The position numbers and the translations under genes were made by a program. The notes beneath the pieces are model-generated. The model had not been told where the DNA came from. It was given only the letters and a program-made list of their open reading frames with translations, and did no database searches. Positions 30,444 to 39,616 of a DNA stretch of 64,000 nt are shown here, piece by piece. Source of the DNA: Gammaproteobacteria bacterium. GTDB taxonomy: Bacteria; Pseudomonadota; Gammaproteobacteria; JABABF01. The stretch spans positions 128,001-192,000 of the forward strand of contig OZ250153.1 of assembly GCA_965237805.1 (NCBI GenBank), written 5' to 3'. Numbering within the stretch: the stretch's first letter is position 1; each line of letters opens with the position of its first letter.

Positions 30444-31108
30444 GCCGATTGCTATCCTCGAAGGCACCGTCGACGACTGCTGATGAAGTTTGCCACGTTG
30501 CGCCCGAGCTTAGTGACCGTGGCTTTGTCGATTGTGGCCGCGCTGCTCAGCGCTTGTCATAGCCCTGCCCTGCCGCCAGCCGATGCGCGCCAATTGCCCT
30601 TTGCCCTCGCCGCCAGCGGCGCTCGGCCAGAGCGTCTGTTGCCGTTGGCCAAAACCTACAATACGCGCGACTTGGGAGGCTATACCACGGTCGACGGGCG
30701 GCGCGTCAAATGGGGCCAACTGTATAGAGCCGATGCGCTGGATGGCTTAGATAGCGAAGATGTCGCCTATTTGGCGCGGCTCGGATTGCGTCGTGTGGTG
30801 GATTTCCGCTCCGAGCGGGAGCGAGAAGCCGCGCCCGACCGCCTGCCTGCAGGGGTGGAATATCAGCCGTACCCGATCACGCCGCGTCGCGATGAGGGCT
30901 CGGCCAGCTATCGACTATTTCGCAATCCCGAGCAGCTCAGCGCCGCCGCCGCCGTCGAATTGGTGCGCGAGGGCAACCGGCAGCTGGTGCGCGTCCACAC
31001 GCCGCTGTACCGTGAGTGGTTGCGTCAGTTGGCCAGCGAGGATTCCGCTTCCCCGCAGCTGTTCCACTGCACCGCTGGCAAGGACCGCACCGGCTTCGCC
31101 GCCGCCAT
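30075..31108 (+). repeat. 56-bp identical block shared by the two phosphatase paralogues (30075-30130 and 31053-31108)
   Basis: ccgcagctgttccactgcaccgctggcaaggaccgcaccggcttcgccgccgccat occurs in both genes. Confidence 0.85.
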
Positions 31109-31418
31109 CCTGCTGGCCGCGCTCGGTGTGCCACGCGAGCAAATCATCGCCGATTATCTATTGAGCGCGGGCTTTGCCGGGAACGAGGAGCGGCGCCAGC
31201 GCATCATCCGGCAGTTCTCGATGGAGCGTATCAGCGCCGAGGCGCTGCGTCCGCTGATGACGGTGGATGCGAGTTATCTGCAGGCAGCCTTCGAGGAAGC
31301 AGAGCGGAGCCATGGCTCTTTCGATGCCTATTTGGCCGCGGGTCTGGGTGTCGACGCGAGCCTTCGCAGCCAGCTGCGGGCGCGTTTTCTCGAGCCCGTC
31401 CCGCCAGCTGGCAGCTGA
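30483..31418 (+). CDS. Tyrosine/lipid phosphatase of the MptpB/LipA/IphP family, predicted lipoprotein (copy 2)
   Basis: Lipobox LSAC, NTRDLGGY, HCTAGKDRTG; tandem paralogue of 29505-30443. Confidence 0.88.
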   Translation: MKFATLRPSLVTVALSIVAALLSACHSPALPPADARQLPFALAASGARPERLLPLAKTYNTRDLGGYTTVDGRRVKWGQLYRADALDGLDSEDVAYLARLGLRRVVDFRSEREREAAPDRLPAGVEYQPYPITPRRDEGSASYRLFRNPEQLSAAAAVELVREGNRQLVRVHTPLYREWLRQLASEDSASPQLFHCTAGKDRTGFAAAILLAALGVPREQIIADYLLSAGFAGNEERRQRIIRQFSMERISAEALRPLMTVDASYLQAAFEEAERSHGSFDAYLAAGLGVDASLRSQLRARFLEPVPPAGS

Positions 31419-31449
31419 GTCAGACCGGGCTACCGGATTTGGCCGGCAG

Positions 31450-31458
31450 TGCTAAACT
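31450..31458 (+). promoter_or_regulatory. Candidate extended -10 promoter element
   Basis: TGcTAAACT about 90 nt upstream of ATG 31548; the same 9-mer is on the minus strand upstream of bcp (43176-43184). Confidence 0.35.
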
Positions 31459-31547
31459 GAGAGCCGAGGCTGTTTTGAGGCTGTTAACCGAGTGTTGGCA
31501 GCTTTTCTTCAGCTTTTTCCATACCCTCCGAGATCACTAGCTAGGCC

Positions 31548-33053
31548 ATGAATAGCAACGCCCAAGACAACCGCATTTCTGCCATCGAGGCGCTGCCAGA
31601 GGCAGCGGTCTCCACTTGGGACATCGAGACCGATGTCATCGTTGTCGGCTTTGGTTCTGCCGGTGCCTGCGCCGCCATCGAGGCCAGCGACCAAGGTGTC
31701 GATGTGGCGCTGTTCGAAGTAGCCAGCGGCAGCGGTGGCACTTCGGCGCTGTCCAGCTCTGAGATCTATATGGGCGGCAATGGCGGCACCCCGGCACAGC
31801 GCGCAAATGGCTTCGAGGACAGCACCGAGGCGATGCGCGACTACCTGATGATGGCCAGTGGCCCCAACGCCGATGCCGACAAGGTCTCGCTCTACGCCGA
31901 GCAGAGCTTGGAGCATTACGCTTGGTTGACGGCACAGGGGATGGAGTTCAATACCACTTTTATCGCCGAAAAGACCATCATTCCCCTGACAGACGACTGC
32001 CTGTTGTTTACCGGCAGCGAGGAGGCCTATCCCTTCAATGCCGCCGCCACCCCTTGTCCGCGCGGGCACAAGCCCAAGGTGGAAGGTGACACCGGTGGCC
32101 CCTACCTGATGAATATCCTCACCGAACAGGTCAAAAAACGCGGCGTAGACATTCACTTTGATGCCCGCGTCAAAACCCTGATCCGAACCGCCGATCGCCG
32201 GGTGGTCGGCCTGGTCGTGCGCGAGGACAAAAAAGATCTCTATGTGCGGGCGCGGCGCGGCGTGGTGCTATGTGCTGGCGGTTTTGCGATGAATCGGGAG
32301 ATGATTCGCCGTCACGCCCCGCAATTCCTGCGCCTCGGCAGCGAACAGGCGATCGGCAATCCATTCGACGACGGCAGCGGTATTCGTCTCGGCATGGGTG
32401 CCACTGGAGCTGCGATCAATATGCATGAGGGATTTACCAGCCTGCCCTTCTACCCCCCTGCGGGTTTCGTCAAGGGCATCTTGGTCAATGCTCAGGGGCA
32501 ACGCTTCATCAACGAGGACTGCTATCACGGTCGGATCGGCCATTTCTGTCTGCGCCAGCGCGATGACGCGATCTACTTGGTATTGGATCAAGAACTCTAT
32601 GACAAGCCCAACGAGTACATCGGCATGACGCTGGCCGGTAGCGGCGAAAGCGTGGCCGAGCTGGAAGCGGAGATCGGCTTGCCAGAGAAATCGCTGCAGG
32701 CCACACTCGAGGTCTTCAATCATCACGCCGGCCAAGGCAGCGACCCGCTATTCGGCAAGAATCCCAAATATATCAAGGCGCTGGATCAAGGCCCCTACGC
32801 CGCCTTCGACTGCTCGATCGGCAAGACCTACTACCCGTATTTCACCCTCGGCGGCTTGGATACGCTACCCAGCGGCGAGGTGCTGGATGCAGATCGCCAA
32901 ATCGTGCCCGGGCTCTACGCCGCCGGGCGCAATGCCTGCGGTTTGCCGCGCACCGGTGCTGGTTACAGCAGTGGCATGTCGGTTGGAGATGCCACTTTTT
33001 CAGGCCGTCAAGCTGGCCGTCAAGTCGGCAAAGCCGAGCCGTACAGCGGCTGA
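31548..33053 (+). CDS. FAD-dependent oxidoreductase, 3-ketosteroid dehydrogenase-like (FAD_binding_2)
   Basis: VVGFGSAG..AA, GGTSALS, GVVLCAGGF, GQRFINED, FTLGGL, GLYAAG, YSSGMS.GD. Confidence 0.75.
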   Translation: MNSNAQDNRISAIEALPEAAVSTWDIETDVIVVGFGSAGACAAIEASDQGVDVALFEVASGSGGTSALSSSEIYMGGNGGTPAQRANGFEDSTEAMRDYLMMASGPNADADKVSLYAEQSLEHYAWLTAQGMEFNTTFIAEKTIIPLTDDCLLFTGSEEAYPFNAAATPCPRGHKPKVEGDTGGPYLMNILTEQVKKRGVDIHFDARVKTLIRTADRRVVGLVVREDKKDLYVRARRGVVLCAGGFAMNREMIRRHAPQFLRLGSEQAIGNPFDDGSGIRLGMGATGAAINMHEGFTSLPFYPPAGFVKGILVNAQGQRFINEDCYHGRIGHFCLRQRDDAIYLVLDQELYDKPNEYIGMTLAGSGESVAELEAEIGLPEKSLQATLEVFNHHAGQGSDPLFGKNPKYIKALDQGPYAAFDCSIGKTYYPYFTLGGLDTLPSGEVLDADRQIVPGLYAAGRNACGLPRTGAGYSSGMSVGDATFSGRQAGRQVGKAEPYSG

Positions 33054-33090
33054 CGTGGCGCACACGAGCGCCCGATTGAGCCGATAGCGA

Positions 33091-33585
33091 TCAGTCGCTT
33101 CGCGTTTGCGTGTACTTCATCTTGACCTTGAGCGGAGTGGCAAACTTGCCGCCAGCTGCCAGCCAGCCTTTCATCACGCGCGGGGCATCCCTGAAAGGAT
33201 TGTAGATGTCTTCCTCAGCGGAAAACTTGCCGTCGCCAGCGTAGACCAAGCGCGTCCAGTTCGGGAAACCGAAGTCATGGTTTGCCGGATCTGTGGGGTG
33301 CAACCAGACATTCTGCACACACATCACGATGGCGCCATTCTCTTCATCAAAAGCTACCCAGTCCTGTGGGAACGACATTTTCGGGTAGGGTGCCATGACA
33401 TCGACGATCCATTTGCGGATCTCTTCACGGCCGTGGAATTCGCCGTAGGCATGCTCTTTGTAGACGGCGTCTTCGGTGAATAGATCGGCCCAAGGATTCC
33501 AGTCACCGGTTTGGCTGGCGCGCTCATGTACTTTGTTGTACATCGCCAGTGCCTCTTCGAGTTCGGTTCGGGTGAATTTTGGCAT
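33091..33585 (-). CDS. SnoaL-like / NTF2-family protein
   Basis: DWNPWADLFTEDAVYKEHAYGEFHGREEIRKW. Confidence 0.8.
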   Translation of the reverse strand: MPKFTRTELEEALAMYNKVHERASQTGDWNPWADLFTEDAVYKEHAYGEFHGREEIRKWIVDVMAPYPKMSFPQDWVAFDEENGAIVMCVQNVWLHPTDPANHDFGFPNWTRLVYAGDGKFSAEEDIYNPFRDAPRVMKGWLAAGGKFATPLKVKMKYTQTRSD

Positions 33586-33630
33586 GGTGTTTTTTCCTTT
33601 ATGGCTGGTGGCGATGCATGGGGTGTCCGA

Positions 33631-35127
33631 TCAGAAGGGCGGCGCTTGCGATGCGGAGTTATCTGTTGGCTGGCGGCGCACAACGGCTGGCAGCATGTAG
33701 GAGCCGTCCAAGGCTGCTGGCAAGGGCGCATAGATGCGGGCGACCAAGAAGAAAGGCCGCTTGCCGACCGGCAACCAATTGGCGCGCAGTTTTGGGTCTG
33801 CTGGTGCTTCACTCGCGATATGGATCAGCAAGGAGCCGTCGTCGTCGTAGACCAAGTCTGCGGTCTTCGTGCCGATGCCGAAGCGATCGATAGCGTTGGG
33901 CATCAGGAAATTGTTGTCGGCATCGTAGGCTGCAATACTCCAATAGGCATTGGTCGGCGGATAGCGCCCGCGCGGGAAGCGCAGTTGGTAATCGTGCCGG
34001 CCATGGAGCAGCCGCCCTTCCCGGTCGTAGTAGGCATTTGGGTAGACCGCCTCCGCGATGATATTGGCACCGATGCCACCGAAGGCGGCGATGGCGCGCA
34101 ACAGATAATCGCTACCGTATTTGCCCAGATGCGACGGTGCATGACTCCAGCCATTAGCGTCCATTGCGGTGGGTCTAAAGCGCATATCTCGCACGATGCG
34201 CTCGCCGATGCGGGCCCCCCGCTTTAGCGCCTCCAGCAAGGGCTTGGGATAGCGCTCTGGAGCGAAGACGCGCCCGGGGCCGAAGCCAGCCAAGTCCATC
34301 ACGGACATCAGCGCGCTCTCCGAGGCGGGGATATCGATGCGCCGCAACAGCTGGTTGACGACGCGGAAATAGTCCAAGCTGCCGCGCATATTGGCCGTGG
34401 CCTTTGGTGCTGGTGCCCCGCCGCGCTGCGTGCGCGGCGGCTGATCCAGCGCCCGCTGCGGATCTTTTGCATAGCGCTCCAGCGACAACAGGCGGAAGCG
34501 CGACTGGTAGCGCACCATGAGCTGCTGATTGCGCTGGGTGGCGGAGATGCGCAACAAGACCCAAGCGGTGGCGGTCGGCACCCGCACCACATCGCGCACT
34601 CCCCACGGCATCTCACCGGACCAGTCACTGTCGGCGATTAGATAATAGCCGCCGTCATTGCCGATGGTGCGTGAGCTGAGATAGCCGACATTGTTCATGA
34701 ACATATCTTCGATCTGCACGCTGTACCAATGTTCGTCCATCGGTGGAATGTGGATGACCATCGGCCCATCGCTGAGCCACAGCCAAGCGGAGGAATACAG
34801 CACATCGGGGTTTGGCACCCCGAACCAGCGGGTGCGGTCGGTGCTCAGTCCACCTTTGAAATGAGCGAACACACCGAGCGGGCCGGAGACGAGTTCGTCG
34901 AGGCCATTGACTTGTCGGTACTGGGCCAGCGAGAGTTCGAACAGAGGTGAGGCATAGATATAGCCGATGACAGCGGCCGCTTCGTGCAGATTGGCCAGTG
35001 CCGTCATAAATACCGGCGACTGAGCCCCGCGCTGTGTTTCGGCTTGCTGCGCGACCGCCTGCGTCGATAGCCCGACCAGCACAACACAGCTGAGCAGCAT
35101 CGCGGGCAATAACCATTTACGCGACAT
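33631..35127 (-). CDS. Exported DUF1254/DUF1214-domain protein
   Basis: Signal peptide, PNPDVLYSSAWL, EAVYP, PP.NAYWSI..YD, ANWLP, RIYAP. Confidence 0.85.
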   Translation of the reverse strand: MSRKWLLPAMLLSCVVLVGLSTQAVAQQAETQRGAQSPVFMTALANLHEAAAVIGYIYASPLFELSLAQYRQVNGLDELVSGPLGVFAHFKGGLSTDRTRWFGVPNPDVLYSSAWLWLSDGPMVIHIPPMDEHWYSVQIEDMFMNNVGYLSSRTIGNDGGYYLIADSDWSGEMPWGVRDVVRVPTATAWVLLRISATQRNQQLMVRYQSRFRLLSLERYAKDPQRALDQPPRTQRGGAPAPKATANMRGSLDYFRVVNQLLRRIDIPASESALMSVMDLAGFGPGRVFAPERYPKPLLEALKRGARIGERIVRDMRFRPTAMDANGWSHAPSHLGKYGSDYLLRAIAAFGGIGANIIAEAVYPNAYYDREGRLLHGRHDYQLRFPRGRYPPTNAYWSIAAYDADNNFLMPNAIDRFGIGTKTADLVYDDDGSLLIHIASEAPADPKLRANWLPVGKRPFFLVARIYAPLPAALDGSYMLPAVVRRQPTDNSASQAPPF

Positions 35128-35207
35128 TAGGAGCTTTCCGCAACAGTGGGCAGATGGGGCTATGTTAGCCTATAGCGCAGTTGCGTATCTGCCGTGCGTG
35201 GACGAAT

Positions 35208-35963
35208 ATGGCGACCGAGAGAAAACCGGGCTTGGGGGCGGCTGTGGTCACTGGTGGAGGCACCGGTATCGGTGCGGCAATATGCCGCGCCTTGGCGTTT
35301 GCCGGCCATCCGGTGCTGGTGGTGTGGTCGCGCTCGCGCGACGGTGCCTTGGCCACCGTCAGCGCTATTTTGGAGGCTGGCGGCGAGGCCAGCGAACAAT
35401 GTACCGATATCGGTGACGAAGAGCAGGTGGCACAGCTGTTCAGGGTCTGTCTCGATCGCTACGGTCGTCCGACCGTGGTGGTCAACAACGCTGGCATTGG
35501 CCACATGGCCGCCGTTGCCGATACCTCCACTGAGGACTACGAGCACCTCTTTGCGGTCAACTCCCGCGGCAGCTTTTTCATGTGTCGGCAAGCGGCGCAG
35601 CATGTCGCTGACGGCGGTGCCATCGTCAATATTTCCACTGGCCTCACCGCCGCCTCGGGTGCTGGCATGGGGCTGTACACCGCCAGCAAGATGGCGATGG
35701 AGGGCTTGAGTAAGGCCTTGGCGCATGAGCTGGGGGCACGCGGTGTGCGGGTCAATTGCGTCTCTCCGGGCATGACCGACACGCCGATGCTGGAGCGGGG
35801 AGACGCCGAGGCTTTGCGCGAATACGGGTGCCGGACAGCGGCGATGCGGCGCTGTGGGGAGCCCGAGGACATCGCCGATGCCGTGGCCGCGTTGGTCTCC
35901 ACCGCTGGCCGTTGGATCACCGGCCAGAATATCCATGTCGATGGCGGCAGCGTCATCCGCTGA
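35208..35963 (+). CDS. Short-chain dehydrogenase/reductase
   Basis: TGGGTGIG, VNNAG, YTASK, VNCVSPG, ITGQNIHVDGG. Confidence 0.92.
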   Translation: MATERKPGLGAAVVTGGGTGIGAAICRALAFAGHPVLVVWSRSRDGALATVSAILEAGGEASEQCTDIGDEEQVAQLFRVCLDRYGRPTVVVNNAGIGHMAAVADTSTEDYEHLFAVNSRGSFFMCRQAAQHVADGGAIVNISTGLTAASGAGMGLYTASKMAMEGLSKALAHELGARGVRVNCVSPGMTDTPMLERGDAEALREYGCRTAAMRRCGEPEDIADAVAALVSTAGRWITGQNIHVDGGSVIR

Positions 35964-35973
35964 GTGCCGAGTG

Positions 35974-36849
35974 ATGTCATTTCCCAGTGAGACCATCGCC
36001 TGTCAGCTGGACGATGATGGCTTGTTGCGCTTGCAGCTCAATCGCCCAGAACAGCTGAATGCTTTTACGGTGCGCATGTCTGAGGAGCTGGAGCAGGCCT
36101 TTGATCGCGCCTCGGTCGAGGACGCCGTGCGCGTCATACTCGTCAGTGGTTCAGGTCGCGCCTTTTGCGCTGGCATGGATCTGTCCTCGGATGGCAATGT
36201 CTTCGGTTTGGACGAGAGCCAGCGACCGCTGTCGCTCCAAGAGTTCCGCACCGTACGCGATACGGGCGGTCGCGTCGCCCTCGCCATCTACCGCTGCACC
36301 AAGCCGGTGGTCGCTGCCGTAGATGGGGCGGCCATCGGCATCGGAGCGACCATGTTGCTGCCGATGGATATACGTTTTGCCTCCGATCGCTCGCGTTTTG
36401 GCTTTGTGTTCTCCCGCCTCGGCATCGTCAATGAGGCCTGCTCCAGTTGGTTCCTGCCGCGCTTGGTCGGCTTGCCGAAGGCTATGGAGTGGCTGCTACG
36501 GGGTCATATCTTCGATGCGGAGGAGGCTTTGTCGGCAGGCTTGGTGCGCGAAGTCTGCCCGGCGGAGGAGCTGATGGAGCGCGCCGAGACGATGGCGCGG
36601 GAGATCGCATCCAAGACCTCGGCGGTGTCGAGCGCGCTAATCCGCCAAATGGTCTACCGCGCCAGCGGTGCGCCGTCACCATTGCTGGCTCATCAGCTGG
36701 AATCGCTGGGCGTTTTCTACACCAGCATGGGTGATGGGCGCGAGGGGGTGTCGGCTTTTTTGGAAAAACGCTCAGCGACATATAGCGCTAGCGTGGCACG
36801 GGATATGCCGCCGTTCTACCCGTGGTGGGAAGGAGATGGCGAGGACTGA
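35974..36849 (+). CDS. Enoyl-CoA hydratase/isomerase (crotonase) family protein
   Basis: LNRPEQLNAF, GRAFCAGMDLS, KPVVAAVDGAAIGIG, EACSSWFLPRLVG. Confidence 0.92.
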   Translation: MSFPSETIACQLDDDGLLRLQLNRPEQLNAFTVRMSEELEQAFDRASVEDAVRVILVSGSGRAFCAGMDLSSDGNVFGLDESQRPLSLQEFRTVRDTGGRVALAIYRCTKPVVAAVDGAAIGIGATMLLPMDIRFASDRSRFGFVFSRLGIVNEACSSWFLPRLVGLPKAMEWLLRGHIFDAEEALSAGLVREVCPAEELMERAETMAREIASKTSAVSSALIRQMVYRASGAPSPLLAHQLESLGVFYTSMGDGREGVSAFLEKRSATYSASVARDMPPFYPWWEGDGED

Positions 36850-36885
36850 TCGGCGGTTGCCACGCGACCGGATAGAGCGCCCAAG

Positions 36886-37017
36886 CACTGGAGAGAAGTG
36901 TTGGCACCAGCTGTCGCACGCCCTTGGAACAAGCGTTCCGAGTACGATGCCTACCAAGCGGTGTTAGAAGAGGCGGTGCTTGCCGAGCAATGCGGTTTCG
37001 ATGCACTATGCGGACGG
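36886..37017 (+). repeat. Relic direct-repeat copy of the 5' region of the downstream LLM gene
   Basis: 36913-37007 matches 37348-37442 at 93/95 nt. The upstream cactgga...ccagctgt also resembles the LLM leader, but the RBS and ATG are deleted. Confidence 0.9.
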
Positions 37018-37255
37018 CTATTTTTGCCATGTCTTGCCACTTGACAAATTTTTGAAAGATACTGTGCCATGGTCGCGTCCGGTGCTGGCATGGGTGGCGC
37101 GTGGCGACACCGATATAGGTGGTTGCTGAGCGAGATTTTTTGAGATTGTAATCGCTGATGTCGGCAGCGCGCAGCTCCGATCCGACATGCGCTTTTAGCC
37201 GCTGTCTGGTCCCGCATTGGGTGGCCATGCCGCATCATTAGGCTGGCTCCCACTG

Positions 37256-37264
37256 TGCTACAAT
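37256..37264 (+). promoter_or_regulatory. Candidate extended -10 promoter of the LLM gene
   Basis: TGcTACAAT, followed by an AGGAGAGG RBS before ATG 37318; ctgtgctaca is repeated at 37253 and 37289. Confidence 0.45.
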
Positions 37265-37317
37265 CCACTGGAAATGCGGCCATACCAGCTGTGCTACATA
37301 CCGCAGGAGAGGACCAC

Positions 37318-38442
37318 ATGCAATTTGCTTTGTTTTACGAGATTCCAGTCGCACGCCCTTGGCACAAGCGTTCCGAGTACGATGCCTACCAAGCGGTGTT
37401 AGAAGAGGCGGTGCTTGCCGACCAATGCGGTTTCGATGCACTGTGGACGGTCGAGCACCATTTTTTGGAGGAGTATTCGCATTGCTCCAACCCCGAAGTG
37501 CTCTACGGTGCCATCGCCGCACGCACCAAGAATCTGCGTTTGGGTTACGGCGTGCGCTTGATGCCCAAGCCCTACAACCACCCAGTGCGCACCGCCGAGT
37601 CGGTGGCAGTCTTAGATCTGATCAGCAATGGTCGCGTCGATCTTGGTACCGGTCGTTCGTCGACTCGCGCCGAGCTCGAGGGCTTCGGTGTCAAACCGAG
37701 TGAGGCTCGTCCGATGTGGCGCGAGGCCATCCAGCATATGGTCGGTTGTTGGACTGAGGACGAGCATAGCTTTGACGGCGAATACTGGCAGATGCCAAAG
37801 CGTCGCGTGTTGCCCAAACCCATCCAAGAGCCGCACCCGCCGCTGTGGGGTGCCACCAGTAGCGAGACCGGCCACCGCCAGGTCGGCGAGAGCGGGCTCG
37901 GTCTGTGCTCCTTCGCCGTCGGCACGCCGCCGGATGACATCAAGAAGCGCATCGATATCTACCGGGAGGGTATCGCCAACTGCACCGAGCCGCTGGGCAA
38001 GTTCATCAATGACCGCGCCGCCACTTTCAGCATGGTGTGTTGTGCGCCGACCACTGAAGAAGCGGTGGCAACTGCCACCGAGTCCTTTGAGTGGTATTGC
38101 TCCTACGGTGCCGAGCTCATCGGTTCTGTCGCCACTTGGCTGGAAGAGGAAAAGCGTGAGCAAGAGCTCGAAGCGGGTCACTACCAGTACACCAGCGAGC
38201 TCAAGAAGGCTGTGGATCAAGGGCTACACAAGCTGTTTACGATGGATATGTTGCGCGAACTCAACGCCTGCGTGGCTGGCGAGCCAGAAGACTGTGTCAG
38301 GATGTGCCGCGCCTATGAAGCAGTCGGCGTCGACCTGCTCTTGTGCTTGGTCAACCCCTACAAGATTCCCCACGATAAAGTCATGCAGACGATCAAACTG
38401 ATGGGCGAGGAAGTGTTGCCGCATTTCAGGAATGGCAGCTGA
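37318..38442 (+). CDS. Luciferase-like monooxygenase (LLM) class flavin-dependent oxidoreductase
   Basis: GFDALWTVEHHF.EEYSHCSNPE, HPVRTAE..AVLDLISNGRV.LG.GR, PKPIQEPHPPLW. Confidence 0.92.
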   Translation: MQFALFYEIPVARPWHKRSEYDAYQAVLEEAVLADQCGFDALWTVEHHFLEEYSHCSNPEVLYGAIAARTKNLRLGYGVRLMPKPYNHPVRTAESVAVLDLISNGRVDLGTGRSSTRAELEGFGVKPSEARPMWREAIQHMVGCWTEDEHSFDGEYWQMPKRRVLPKPIQEPHPPLWGATSSETGHRQVGESGLGLCSFAVGTPPDDIKKRIDIYREGIANCTEPLGKFINDRAATFSMVCCAPTTEEAVATATESFEWYCSYGAELIGSVATWLEEEKREQELEAGHYQYTSELKKAVDQGLHKLFTMDMLRELNACVAGEPEDCVRMCRAYEAVGVDLLLCLVNPYKIPHDKVMQTIKLMGEEVLPHFRNGS

Positions 38443-38488
38443 AGAGGAACCATCGTTCCGACATCCGCGCAATGGCGGTGATCAGCAC

Positions 38489-39598
38489 ATGCCCAAGCGG
38501 TCATTGCGCGTCGCCTATTCTGGCTTTGATCGCGATATTAAACCAAGTTTTATGGCATGTGTGGAAGAGCGCTACGACATTGTCGAGAGTGATGAGAATC
38601 CGGATCTGTTGCTGTATTCGATCTTCAACGGCGTGGATCACCTCCGCTATGATTGCCATAAACTGGTTGTGCTTGGAGAGAATATGGATCCGGATCCCGC
38701 TATCTGCGACTTTTCTGTCAGCATGAGAGAAAACAGCGAGCGCAATTTTTATTGGCCGTTATTTGAGCCTGAGCGGGTGTTGGCCATGTTGCCCGAGAGT
38801 GAACCCAGAGCTATCGATCCACGGCACGCCCAAGACAAGACACGCTTTTGTTGCTTTTTATATTCAAATAGAGCACCCCAAGAGCGCATTGAACTGTGTA
38901 AACTCCTGATGCAGCGCAAGGCTGTCGATTGCCCCGGTCAGGTGTTGAATAACATGCCGATGCCCGACCGGGTGCGGCTGATCGAGAACCGGGGAGCAGA
39001 CCAATGGGAAGAGGCCAAACGGGAGCTGTACTCGCGCTACCGCTTCACCATCTCCTTTGAGAACGAGCGCGAGCCTTTGTATATCACTTCCAAGATATTC
39101 ACTCCCTTGACAGTTGGAAGTATTCCAATCTATTGGGGTGCCCCGGAAATCACCGAGCTTTTCAATCCACGATGTTTTGTCAACTGCCATGACTTCGACA
39201 GTTTGGAGGCGGTGTCGGATCATGTGATGGCAATCGAGAATGATCCGGAACTCTACCGACAATACCGCGAAGCGCCACCCGTATTGCCTAGCTCTAGGCT
39301 ATATCAGATGACACCGGATGCCGTGGTGGGACTCTTTGACCGCATCGTCTCCGAGCTGGACACCAGTACACCGGTGTCGCGCACTGTGCGCGGTCGCATC
39401 CGGAGCCGGATCCGTCGAGCATTGTTTTGGTCCATGGACTGCATGCAGCGTTTCAATCGCAAACTCAGAGTGGTCGCGCCATGGCTACGACCGCTGCACT
39501 GGGCGTTTCAATTGGCGCCCCGTCACATGACATTGCTTCGCGCCAAGTATTGGAAATGGCTTCGCGTCAAGTATTTTTGGACTTGGCGGAGGCATTAG
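38489..39598 (+). CDS. Glycosyltransferase family 10, alpha-1,3/4-fucosyltransferase-like
   Basis: PDLLLYSIF, GEN..PD...D, KTRFCCFLYSN, G.VLNN, YRFTISFEN...YITSKI......GSIPIYWG, FNPRCFVN; basic aromatic C-terminal tail; alternative start 38432. Confidence 0.85.
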   Translation: MPKRSLRVAYSGFDRDIKPSFMACVEERYDIVESDENPDLLLYSIFNGVDHLRYDCHKLVVLGENMDPDPAICDFSVSMRENSERNFYWPLFEPERVLAMLPESEPRAIDPRHAQDKTRFCCFLYSNRAPQERIELCKLLMQRKAVDCPGQVLNNMPMPDRVRLIENRGADQWEEAKRELYSRYRFTISFENEREPLYITSKIFTPLTVGSIPIYWGAPEITELFNPRCFVNCHDFDSLEAVSDHVMAIENDPELYRQYREAPPVLPSSRLYQMTPDAVVGLFDRIVSELDTSTPVSRTVRGRIRSRIRRALFWSMDCMQRFNRKLRVVAPWLRPLHWAFQLAPRHMTLLRAKYWKWLRVKYFWTWRRH

Positions 39599-39616
39599 CC
39601 GCCTACGAGCTCTTTG

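Noticed and set aside
36788-37319. Minus-strand ORFs across the crotonase-LLM gap, and TTGACA at ~37041
   Set aside because: No recognisable domain or RBS, the ORFs partly run through the relic repeat, and TTGACA has no -10 at 16-18 nt spacing.
36913-37442. 95-bp repeat pair as the TR/VR of a diversity-generating retroelement
   Set aside because: No reverse transcriptase in the window, only two mismatches (one not at adenine), and the repeat is at the 5' end of an enzyme gene.
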